The notes under the pieces are model-generated. The model worked only from the letters and a program-made list of their open reading frames with translations, was not told where the DNA came from and searched no databases. Positions 18,926-26,982 of a stretch of 64,000 nucleotides of DNA are shown in pieces; position 1 is the first letter of the stretch, and each line of letters starts with the position of its first letter. The stretch is from a virus. Its lineage: Duplodnaviria > Heunggongvirae > Uroviricota > Caudoviricetes. The position numbers and the translations under genes are program-made. Where the stretch lies: IMG/VR virus record IMGVR_UViG_3300031949_000413, positions 41,088-105,087 of that record, one strand, 5' to 3'.

Positions 18926-19881
18926 AAAGCACTACCGAAAGAGAAGACAGAGACTTTGCCAACAAGGTGATTGATGATGGAGTAGCCGATGACATCATCC
19001 AAGATATTAGGGCTATATTGGCCCGCGACAGCTCTTGGGTGCTGGAATGGGTTGTTACTAATTTCGACCCGGAGGATGTTTACGACGATGATGCGCTGGG
19101 TGCGTGGGCCGGAAAATACGGGTACAGAAAATTACCACAAGAGCGTATCATTGATAACAAGATCGAATTGGGCGGCCTCGAGTTCATTAACATCCCGGCT
19201 GGTAAGTTCCTCATGGGCAGCAAGGATGACAACAACCTGGCTTATGATGCTGAGAAACCGCAGCACACGGTCGAAATTCCGTATGATTACTGGATCGCGC
19301 GCTACGAAGTGACGAACGACCAATTTGCGAAGTTCGTCGAGGCGGCAAAGTACAAATTCGATCAAGGCAAATGGCAAGACAAATCCGATCATCCGGTTGT
19401 GAATGTGACGTGGCATGATGCGATGGCCTATTCCAAGTGGCTGAATGAAACGTTGCGCGCTGAATTGGGCGATCAGGTTGTGCGCCTGCCGACCGAGGCC
19501 GAATGGGAAAAGGCCGCGCGTGGCGAATATGGCAACGAGTGGCCGTGGGGCAATGAGTTCGATCCGAAGAAGTGCAACTCAAGTGAGGGTGGCAAGCAGG
19601 GCACGACGCCTGTCAATGCGTATTCACCACAGGGCGATAGTCCCTATGGCGTGAGCGACATGGTGGGCAATGTGTGGGAGTGGACTTATTCGCTGCGGAA
19701 GTCATATCCATACAAAGTGGATGATGGCCGTGAGAGCGAGACGGATTCAGGGGTGCGGGTGGTGCGCGGCGGTTCCTGGTTCAATGGGGCCTCGGTCGCT
19801 CGGTGTACGTGCCGTAACAGGGACACGCCCGTTCTTCGTAACTTCGGTCTGGGGTTTCGCTGCGTCCTCCGGCTTTTATAG
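18922..19881 (+). CDS. FGE-sulfatase (SUMF1/formylglycine-generating-enzyme-like) domain protein
   Basis: LPTEAEWEKAARG, GNVWEWT, RGGSW and GFRCV are the hallmark FGE-sulfatase motifs. The roughly 60-aa N-terminal extension is unknown. Stop-start coupled to the vWA gene. Confidence 0.7.
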   Translation: MKSTTEREDRDFANKVIDDGVADDIIQDIRAILARDSSWVLEWVVTNFDPEDVYDDDALGAWAGKYGYRKLPQERIIDNKIELGGLEFINIPAGKFLMGSKDDNNLAYDAEKPQHTVEIPYDYWIARYEVTNDQFAKFVEAAKYKFDQGKWQDKSDHPVVNVTWHDAMAYSKWLNETLRAELGDQVVRLPTEAEWEKAARGEYGNEWPWGNEFDPKKCNSSEGGKQGTTPVNAYSPQGDSPYGVSDMVGNVWEWTYSLRKSYPYKVDDGRESETDSGVRVVRGGSWFNGASVARCTCRNRDTPVLRNFGLGFRCVLRLL

Positions 19882-19957
19882 CCTGATCTGCTGGTTTCTG
19901 ATCTGCTGTGTTAATAATGAGGCTTATCCATACCATAACACTAGAAGGAGTGCGTAC

Positions 19958-20173
19958 ATGAAGTATTTGTTGTATCAGCATGGAGAACACGAATTTACGG
20001 TATTGACGCCGCGCAGTGACACCCGCACTGGCGTATTCGTATCGGATGTTAATGCCAATACGCCGGAACATGCTGTAGAGAAGTTCCTAAAGAACGGCAC
20101 GAAGAACAGGTGGAGTGTCGGCAGAGCACAATTGGTAGCACGTGAAGTGTGGCGCGTGTCGTACAGTCGCTAG
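19958..20173 (+). CDS. hypothetical protein
   Basis: CTAGAAGGAGTG Shine-Dalgarno before the ATG at 19958. Its stop TAG lies inside the conserved intergenic motif. Confidence 0.4.
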   Translation: MKYLLYQHGEHEFTVLTPRSDTRTGVFVSDVNANTPEHAVEKFLKNGTKNRWSVGRAQLVAREVWRVSYSR

Positions 20174-20315
20174 TCTGGCTGTGGACTGGGTTATGTCTAC
20201 TCTTTTATGGGTGTGATATGTCTAAATGCAATGAAGTGGTCATGGTGATAGACGATACGCCAGTCATTACCAACAAGGGCATTCGTGGTCTGTGCGATGC
20301 ACTGTCACAATAGAG

Positions 20316-20801
20316 ATGACTCGTAAAGGACAAGTCAACGAGTTCTGGCACGTCGCCAGTCTGATCACTGACAGGCTGTGCCAGAACAACACCAATCCAG
20401 ACAATCGGGAGCGTATCTTCAAGATAACGCTCGGTCAGTTGTCACGGTTGTGTGGTAGCAAGGCTAAAGTCAAATATGACTTGGCACTGGTCTATCTCTC
20501 ATGGGAAGCACTGGCAGATAAGGCCATAAAGGAAGAATGGGGCGACATCCCATCAGTGTTGGCAGTTATCAGGTCGTATCCCAAGACAGCGCCAGCATGG
20601 ATCGAGGCATGGCCTCAAAGTGTCGTGGACAACATTGAGCCGTGGTATGAATCATTGGCGCATGATACGTATGTGCGCAAGTATGCACCAATACTACGGC
20701 TGACGGGCTGGACGTACAAATGGCAGTCTGATACGGCGCAGTTTGATGGGAGCAGGCTGACATTTGACGAAGTGCGGGAGTTAGGACTACTAGGAGAATA
20801 A
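20316..20801 (+). CDS. hypothetical protein
   Basis: ATG at 20316 (MTRKGQ) within ORF 20292..20801. Confidence 0.5.
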   Translation: MTRKGQVNEFWHVASLITDRLCQNNTNPDNRERIFKITLGQLSRLCGSKAKVKYDLALVYLSWEALADKAIKEEWGDIPSVLAVIRSYPKTAPAWIEAWPQSVVDNIEPWYESLAHDTYVRKYAPILRLTGWTYKWQSDTAQFDGSRLTFDEVRELGLLGE

Positions 20802-20803
20802 AA

Positions 20804-21040
20804 ATGTTATTTAAGCGCAAAGAATGGGTGACTCTGGTTACAACTGACGCCTTTTTAGAGCTGACAAATGGGTTGGGGCTCAAAAGAACAGTAACAGGCA
20901 TTATTGCCATTCAAGAAGACAAGGGCAATGGTAAAAGGCGAGCCATATTCAAGAATCTCAACCGGCAGTACGTTTTGGACTATGACTACGCTCTACATTT
21001 TATTAAAGAGCAGGGCGTTACAATACCAGAGGGCAAATAA
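20804..21040 (+). CDS. hypothetical protein
   Basis: 78-aa ORF. Confidence 0.4.
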   Translation: MLFKRKEWVTLVTTDAFLELTNGLGLKRTVTGIIAIQEDKGNGKRRAIFKNLNRQYVLDYDYALHFIKEQGVTIPEGK

Positions 21041-21045
21041 TAACA

Positions 21046-21263
21046 TGATTTCCGATATGGTATTCGAGAAGAGCAAGAAGTACCGCCAGCATGAGATACT
21101 GGTCACTATCGGTGACTACACTGAAGTGGACTACACTGGACAAGTTGACGGCTATCCACTTATGATCATTAAGCGCGACACCTATCAGTGGCGCTTCATT
21201 CGTATCAGGAAAGACCAGTACGAGTTGTTATCAGAGGGTAATGGCTACTATGCCAGTCAGTGA
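21046..21263 (+). CDS. hypothetical protein
   Basis: Internal ATG of ORF 20904..21263, placed after the previous stop. Confidence 0.35.
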
Positions 21264-21462
21264 CTTGCAGTTGCATGGCATATACACGATGGATCGGGTC
21301 ATGCTGTATGTGGACGAGTTCAAGAGCATTGCGCCGGTACAGCGCAGTGCAGGGTATCGGCGTCATACCTTCATTCGGGTTGAAACCGGAACGTGTGAGC
21401 TGATCTTCAAATATAACCGAGATGGACTGTTTGAGCTTATCGAGAACAACCCGATATGGTAG
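21241..21462 (+). CDS. hypothetical protein
   Basis: 73-aa ORF. Confidence 0.35.
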   Translation: MATMPVSDLQLHGIYTMDRVMLYVDEFKSIAPVQRSAGYRRHTFIRVETGTCELIFKYNRDGLFELIENNPIW

Positions 21463-21511
21463 GTACTAAAGTCCCATTGTGCTGAACATAACTTGCTGGT
21501 AAGATTTTGGT

Positions 21512-21694
21512 ATGAATGATACAGTAAAATGCAAGGTGTGTGGGAACGTTGCCGAATACGCTAATGCGACGTTCATCAGCAAAGGCGTGCGATACGATAT
21601 TTATTATTGCAAGGAAGGCCATGATGTTCTTGTCGAGGAACAGACAGGCAAAGTCGTCAGCACCGCCAAAACAATCAGAAAGAATCAACGCTGA
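21512..21694 (+). CDS. zinc-ribbon small protein
   Basis: CKVCGN ... YYCKEGH. Preceded by a promoter-box copy. Confidence 0.45.
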   Translation: MNDTVKCKVCGNVAEYANATFISKGVRYDIYYCKEGHDVLVEEQTGKVVSTAKTIRKNQR

Positions 21695-21946
21695 ATGTCG
21701 GTATCGGCCTGAAACACTGGACGGATACCGATATGTGTTGCGAGTGTCAGAAGTGTTGTCCATAGATACATCGCAATCACATATTACCATCGTTCATACC
21801 ACTTATGGTGCTTTGTTAATGTACAAAGACACCGATAGGGAATTGCAGCAATTGGCGCGAGAGTGGCAAAGCTGGGTGGACGACGGTCGGCGTGAGCGCG
21901 AGTTGTATTACAACTTCAGAGATCAGACGGGCGGGAAACGTCCATA

Positions 21947-22159
21947 ATGGCACACGTGCAGGTCATCCAGAATCAAGAGACGGGTGACTATCTTCAGTAC
22001 ATGATCCACGACGATGCTCCCAAATGGACGACCAACATCGAGCGTGCGTTTCGGTATTATAGCGACAGTGAAGACCTGAAACAGATGCACTTAAGGCTGT
22101 GTCGCAAGCAGATAGGCAAAGACAGTGTGAAAGCTGTGGACTACAGGAGACAACTGTGA
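21947..22159 (+). CDS. hypothetical protein
   Basis: 70-aa ORF. Confidence 0.4.
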   Translation: MAHVQVIQNQETGDYLQYMIHDDAPKWTTNIERAFRYYSDSEDLKQMHLRLCRKQIGKDSVKAVDYRRQL

Positions 22160-22206
22160 AATTCTTATCGAACATACACGATCCGAGAGATAAAGAGGAT
22201 GCTAAT

Positions 22207-22368
22207 ATGAATTTGGCTCGCAAATTTGGCGAGTCCACAGAAGTGGCATGGGAATATTACAAGAATTGGCTAAAAGGTAAGGTCATCGGCAGGCCACAGC
22301 CGTCTGCCACTCGTACCGTAGAAGAGCTGGAAGAACTGGGGCTTGTTGGTGTATATGACCCGGAATAA
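22207..22368 (+). CDS. hypothetical protein
   Basis: ATG after AGAGGATGCTAAT. Confidence 0.35.
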   Translation: MNLARKFGESTEVAWEYYKNWLKGKVIGRPQPSATRTVEELEELGLVGVYDPE

Positions 22369-22378
22369 TGAGGATAGA

Positions 22379-22573
22379 ATGAAATATCCAGAACGAATCT
22401 TCAGTGGTGACTATAGCGTCAATATGTGGGATGGCATCAATAGCGCCAAGACGATAGCCGACCTGCGCAGGGCGTTGTACTTCGTGTGTTGTCGGCTGCA
22501 AGAACTGGAAGCGAAACTAGCTGTTGAGAACGAACGTCCCAAGACGCGCAAGACGCCGAAGACTAGAAAGTAG
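22379..22573 (+). CDS. hypothetical protein
   Basis: ATG after GAGGATAGA. Its stop lies within the conserved motif. Confidence 0.4.
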   Translation: MKYPERIFSGDYSVNMWDGINSAKTIADLRRALYFVCCRLQELEAKLAVENERPKTRKTPKTRK

Positions 22574-22598
22574 TCTGGCTGTGGACTGGGTTATGTTA

Positions 22599-22624
22599 AG
22601 TGCGCTCGTGGCGCACTTTTTGTT
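22599..22624 (+). terminator. rho-independent terminator
   Basis: AGTGCGC-TCGTG-GCGCACT hairpin followed by TTTTTGTT. Confidence 0.6.
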
Positions 22625-22638
22625 ACTCGACGTAACAC

Positions 22639-22668
22639 TTGACAGGTTCTTACAACAAGTGGTAAAAT
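22639..22668 (+). promoter_or_regulatory. near-consensus sigma70 promoter (TTGACA / TAAAAT)
   Basis: TTGACA at 22639, then TAAAAT 18 nt later, then a GGAGG Shine-Dalgarno. Confidence 0.55.
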
Positions 22669-22683
22669 GGAGGTATGCAGATT

Positions 22684-22875
22684 ATGAGCGACTTTATCAC
22701 CATCAAGGTCAAAAACAGAGTACGTGAAGCTTTACGAGAGGTGTCTGACATATCTCAAGAGAACTTCAGCGACATTTTGCTACGACTGCTTGAGCCGGAA
22801 GTGTCACGTGTCAAGCCGATAGCCAAGAAGGTCAAAGAGGTTCGAGCCGAATACAAAGTCCATTCGGATAAATAA
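22684..22875 (+). CDS. ribbon-helix-helix (Arc/Mnt/CopG-like) DNA-binding protein
   Basis: Beta strand FITIKV followed by two helices, RVREALREV and ENFSDILLRLLE. GGAGG lies 10 nt upstream of the ATG at 22684. Confidence 0.45.
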   Translation: MSDFITIKVKNRVREALREVSDISQENFSDILLRLLEPEVSRVKPIAKKVKEVRAEYKVHSDK

Positions 22876-23125
22876 ACACGAAGAGGACGCTAGTCACGTC
22901 CTCTTGTGGGGGCTGGGCCGATGACGATATGAAGGCATACATCTTCGAGGCGGCAATGGAAGCATTCTTTGGAGAGCGCGTGTTTGAGTATATCAATGCA
23001 ATGACGCGGTAGCATGTTGCAGGTATTTTGAGTGACATGCTGTGTGGAAGCGATTTTCGCTTTTAGGTACTAAAGTCTTATGGACTTTGACTTTGTTCGT
23101 GGTATGCTAGTAATGGAGGCTGACA

Positions 23126-23332
23126 GTGGCAGACGCTAAAGTTGTTATTATAGATACACTAAACCGCGAGAACGCGCTGAATCTACAGCAGATACTCAAC
23201 TTAGAGGACTTGCTGTACGAAACACGCATTTTAGATAAGGACGATGGTTCACCATGTTGGTGTACTATGGATCACCATGACTCTATGTGCTGGAAAGCAA
23301 GAGAAGCCACCAAGAGACTGTGGAGTAAGTAG
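23126..23332 (+). CDS. hypothetical protein
   Basis: GTG start after GGAGG. A promoter-box copy lies upstream. Confidence 0.4.
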   Translation: MADAKVVIIDTLNRENALNLQQILNLEDLLYETRILDKDDGSPCWCTMDHHDSMCWKAREATKRLWSK

Positions 23333-23463
23333 CCACGACTACTCAGTTAGCCCTATTTGGGCCTTCCATCTCATACTGCGATAAGTGTGGACGCCTGTTA
23401 TCCAACCCGATCAGCGTCCAGCTGCACAAAGGGCCTATCTGTCGAAGAAAGGACATATTCAAA

Positions 23464-23853
23464 ATGATTACAGATACACAAGATATTTGTGACATCCATT
23501 TGACTGATTCATTAGATGACGGCATTATCATTACCCGTATGAACGGGAAGGTGGCTACTAATGTGCCGCATTTAATGGTTCATCATAGCCTCACGGGGTT
23601 TGAGTTCGGATATGGGGGCAGCGGCCCAGCCGACTTAGCACTAAACTGTGTCGAGATTATCCTGAATAGGATGGCTTATCAGGGCAAGCGTATCAAGTGT
23701 CATGATGGCAATTGTTGGGACTTGGCATGGACATTTCACCAAGATTTCAAACGCACATTCATTGCCACGCTAGATCATGACGCTGGAGGAGTTATTCCCT
23801 ACGAAGTAGCCGAACAGTGGGTAATAGATGCTATGGAGACACAACATGAGTGA
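23464..23853 (+). CDS. hypothetical protein
   Basis: 129-aa ORF containing GFEFGYGGSGPADLAL. Confidence 0.45.
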   Translation: MITDTQDICDIHLTDSLDDGIIITRMNGKVATNVPHLMVHHSLTGFEFGYGGSGPADLALNCVEIILNRMAYQGKRIKCHDGNCWDLAWTFHQDFKRTFIATLDHDAGGVIPYEVAEQWVIDAMETQHE

Positions 23854-24106
23854 CATCATTAAGTGTGCTTGTGGTAGCAACAATTGCCGCGTAGGTATCC
23901 ACTTCGATACCAGCGAAGGGTATATCATGCTGGTATGGCACGGCAAGTTTGGTGAAGAGGAAACCATGTTGTTCGGCTCACATACCCTAATGGCTCTATC
24001 AGAGGATATTGACAACATACTGTGCAATATAGTGATTGCCAACGACCCCGACGGGATGGACGAGCAACAAGATGCTGTACCGGAAAGGCTGAGGGACGAA
24101 GTATGA
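23846..24106 (+). CDS. hypothetical protein
   Basis: ATG at 23846 overlaps the upstream stop. Confidence 0.4.
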   Translation: MSDIIKCACGSNNCRVGIHFDTSEGYIMLVWHGKFGEEETMLFGSHTLMALSEDIDNILCNIVIANDPDGMDEQQDAVPERLRDEV

Positions 24107-24294
24107 CCACCTTACGAGACACATGGCGCGAAGTCGTATTGGATGCTGTAGCCAACAGCCAAGACCCGGTGGAGGCGCTATATGACTACCGGCAGGAGAA
24201 GGACGACATCCATGTGACTCATGAAGGATGTCGGCTCATTGTGGAATTCGTACTCAGAAGTTTTGCTCAACAAGCTCTGGCACAGGAGGGCTAG
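24103..24294 (+). CDS. hypothetical protein
   Basis: Coupled ATGA start. Confidence 0.4.
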   Translation: MTTLRDTWREVVLDAVANSQDPVEALYDYRQEKDDIHVTHEGCRLIVEFVLRSFAQQALAQEG

Positions 24295-24295
24295 A

Positions 24296-24736
24296 ATGGC
24301 GATAGCAATTTGTGACAAGTGCCAGAAAGACGTGCTATGGTCAAACCGGCATGGTAATAAGCTGGCTGACGTGGTGACAGCGTGCTGTGGAGCATCGGCC
24401 AGAAGCAAGCCACGCAAGGCCAAATCAGAGCCAATACGGGCCAACCTGCCAAGAGCAGTGGCGCTAGTACAGCACTCGCGCACATCAATTTACCCGAACT
24501 CGGAATGGCTAGGTGAGCCACACAACACAGTCATATACCTGAAGGCAAACAACATGATCAACATTGCTGGCAAGTGGGGCGACCATGTTATAGGTGAATT
24601 GGTTGAAACGTGGCGCATCTGCCGCTACTTTGAACTCATTCATGGTGATGTGGGCTACTGGCACACAGTTCGGGTGGACGAGGACGACTACCAACGGCTA
24701 CTGAGAAAGGCACAAAGCAGTGTTCATCATTCGTAA
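24296..24736 (+). CDS. hypothetical protein with N-terminal CxxC
   Basis: Starts MAIAICDKCQKD. 146 aa. Confidence 0.45.
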   Translation: MAIAICDKCQKDVLWSNRHGNKLADVVTACCGASARSKPRKAKSEPIRANLPRAVALVQHSRTSIYPNSEWLGEPHNTVIYLKANNMINIAGKWGDHVIGELVETWRICRYFELIHGDVGYWHTVRVDEDDYQRLLRKAQSSVHHS

Positions 24737-24939
24737 CCAATACGGCTTGTACTTCTGTGGTTTTGGCCTAAACGACGCCGACTATGCGATGTGGACGGAC
24801 ATTGAAGAGAACGCACAGCGAGTAGACGAGGAAGACACCTACACCCTCCACAAGCTAGACCAGTTAGGATACAGGTTTGCGCTCATTCGGGCGCAGTAAA
24901 GAGTAGACATAACCCAGTCCACACGGATACTGGAATGCA

Positions 24940-25167
24940 ATGGAGAATATCATGCAAACTATCACTATTCATACCTTGAAGGACTATGTAGAACTATCTG
25001 CTAGCAGGGCACTGGGTAAAACATATCTGGTAGCAGATGATGAAGATGTATGGCTGTCAGAAGATTATGGAGATAAATTAAAACTAGGAGATGGATTCCC
25101 GCATAATTTCGAGGAGTTGGTAAAGGCATCATTTGATCTATTGGGCATCAGAGTACACATCACATGA
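24940..25167 (+). CDS. hypothetical protein
   Basis: A motif copy lies immediately upstream. Confidence 0.4.
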   Translation: MENIMQTITIHTLKDYVELSASRALGKTYLVADDEDVWLSEDYGDKLKLGDGFPHNFEELVKASFDLLGIRVHIT

Positions 25168-25385
25168 CCAAAGTAGACTATCTCACACCCCATCGTATTA
25201 GTACCGAGCGCCAATGTCAGGCGCTAGACAATGGTGTACGTTGTAATCACAAGGCGCGATGGCGTGTTATCTATGATGGCAACGAGTTACAACATTACTT
25301 GGATAACGATGCTGAAGTTCTATCGGTTACGGTCGAACTATGCGACCAACACAAGAAAGCAGTCGAGCCATGGTATATCTATTGA
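25164..25385 (+). CDS. hypothetical protein
   Basis: Coupled start. Confidence 0.4.
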   Translation: MTKVDYLTPHRISTERQCQALDNGVRCNHKARWRVIYDGNELQHYLDNDAEVLSVTVELCDQHKKAVEPWYIY

Positions 25386-25700
25386 TTGTTTGTGTATGTT
25401 TCGTAGTCAGCAGCATGGTCGGCACGACATTCGGATTATGGGTGTCTGGATTTAGTGCTGGCATTGGCATAGTTATAATCATGATCATGATACAAGACCA
25501 CTACCCTCGGAGGCAATGACATCCAATCCATTGCTATTATCAGCGTCTTTGTTATCTACGGTTTCGATAGCCACTGAAACCTTGATCTAACCAACCAGAT
25601 ACGCGCCAACAACGAAACTCGTTATAGACTTCTGGATCATTCTGATCTATACTATCATCACCGCGCAACATATCCTACACTTACTCAGGATCGAGTCAGA

Positions 25701-26915
25701 ATGAATCTGCTAGAAGAAGAGCTCTTTAAGGCTATTGCCTATGACCCCCAACAGGCACGCTACATCGTGTCGCCACAGTCAGGACGCCTTAAAGAATGGG
25801 TGACAACCACTCTAGCAGTCACGGTCTTCAAGCGCATTGCAGAATTAACCATCAGCAACAAGCCAATCAGCTTTGTATCGGTAGCATCTTGTGCTGGTGT
25901 CGGCTCAACCAATAGAGACTACTTACTCGACTTATGGCTATCTGCTAAGCAGTCACCTCGCGTCGATGTTGAGCAAACCATTGAAGCCATCAAACATGAC
26001 TACATCATTCGAGAGTCCCATCAGGCAATGGACACCTGCAAGGCAAATAACACCAAACAGCCTTCAGGGGTAATCAGCCATATCAGTGATTTAGGCACAA
26101 CACTTGGGATATTGGCACACGAGGGACTGGTGTACAATCCCGATCCAGCCAGTCACAAGGACGACAAGGGCGCTGATGTATATGGCGCGTGGGGGTCGGT
26201 AACATTCAACAAGATGTATGATGGGGGCATTCCCACTAGGGGATATTCCCTTATTATTGGCCCAACCGGTCATGGCAAGTCCACATTAAGCAGGTCGAAA
26301 GCGGCACTATTAGTAGCAAACCAAGTGCCGACAACAATGTGCCTAAATGAAGACTTAATAGATGCTGGTGAAACATCTAGGCGTATTCATAGAGCACTGA
26401 CCGAGATGTGGGCAGGAACTAAGTCTGAAGATGAGATATGGCGCGAGATGTCTACCTATCTTAAGGTGTACGACTTGGATGCTGGAACGCATGACATCCA
26501 CCAGATTGATCGTTTCGCCTATTGGGATCAGCCATCAGTGTTGATACTGGACTCCCTAGACAACCTAAACTTCCCGAAAGGGACAGAACGGTATCAGGAC
26601 TCAGAGCGCCATCGTGTTAGGGCTAACTTTCTAGCGTCTATGACCAAGGAACGTAACTGCTTTACGGTTCTGGTCGGCAATGGCTCTAAGGCGGAGCAAG
26701 AGGAAATAAGGAAAGACATCTCAAAGGTTACTATGCCAATGGCGTTTGGAAGCATTTGGTACAACAACCTATCTTCATGGTCTTTTGTATTTTGTCGTGA
26801 CAAGACCAATCCAGTTGTGTCAGACATAAAGCGATGTAAGAATCGTGGTGCGACAGGATCGATTGGTGAGATGTGGTATCTTGACTATGACATACGTGGT
26901 GGATACTACAGCTAG
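25701..26915 (+). CDS. DnaB/RepA-like P-loop ATPase (candidate replicative helicase)
   Basis: Walker A LIIGPTGHGKST and Walker B VLILDSLDNL on a RecA-like fold. Novel N-terminal domain. Confidence 0.45.
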   Translation: MNLLEEELFKAIAYDPQQARYIVSPQSGRLKEWVTTTLAVTVFKRIAELTISNKPISFVSVASCAGVGSTNRDYLLDLWLSAKQSPRVDVEQTIEAIKHDYIIRESHQAMDTCKANNTKQPSGVISHISDLGTTLGILAHEGLVYNPDPASHKDDKGADVYGAWGSVTFNKMYDGGIPTRGYSLIIGPTGHGKSTLSRSKAALLVANQVPTTMCLNEDLIDAGETSRRIHRALTEMWAGTKSEDEIWREMSTYLKVYDLDAGTHDIHQIDRFAYWDQPSVLILDSLDNLNFPKGTERYQDSERHRVRANFLASMTKERNCFTVLVGNGSKAEQEEIRKDISKVTMPMAFGSIWYNNLSSWSFVFCRDKTNPVVSDIKRCKNRGATGSIGEMWYLDYDIRGGYYS

Positions 26916-26982
26916 GCGAGTGGTACTATCGGGCTATTGTCGTCCTATCGGCAATAGTCTATAATGGTCAGGAAGGCGCAAT

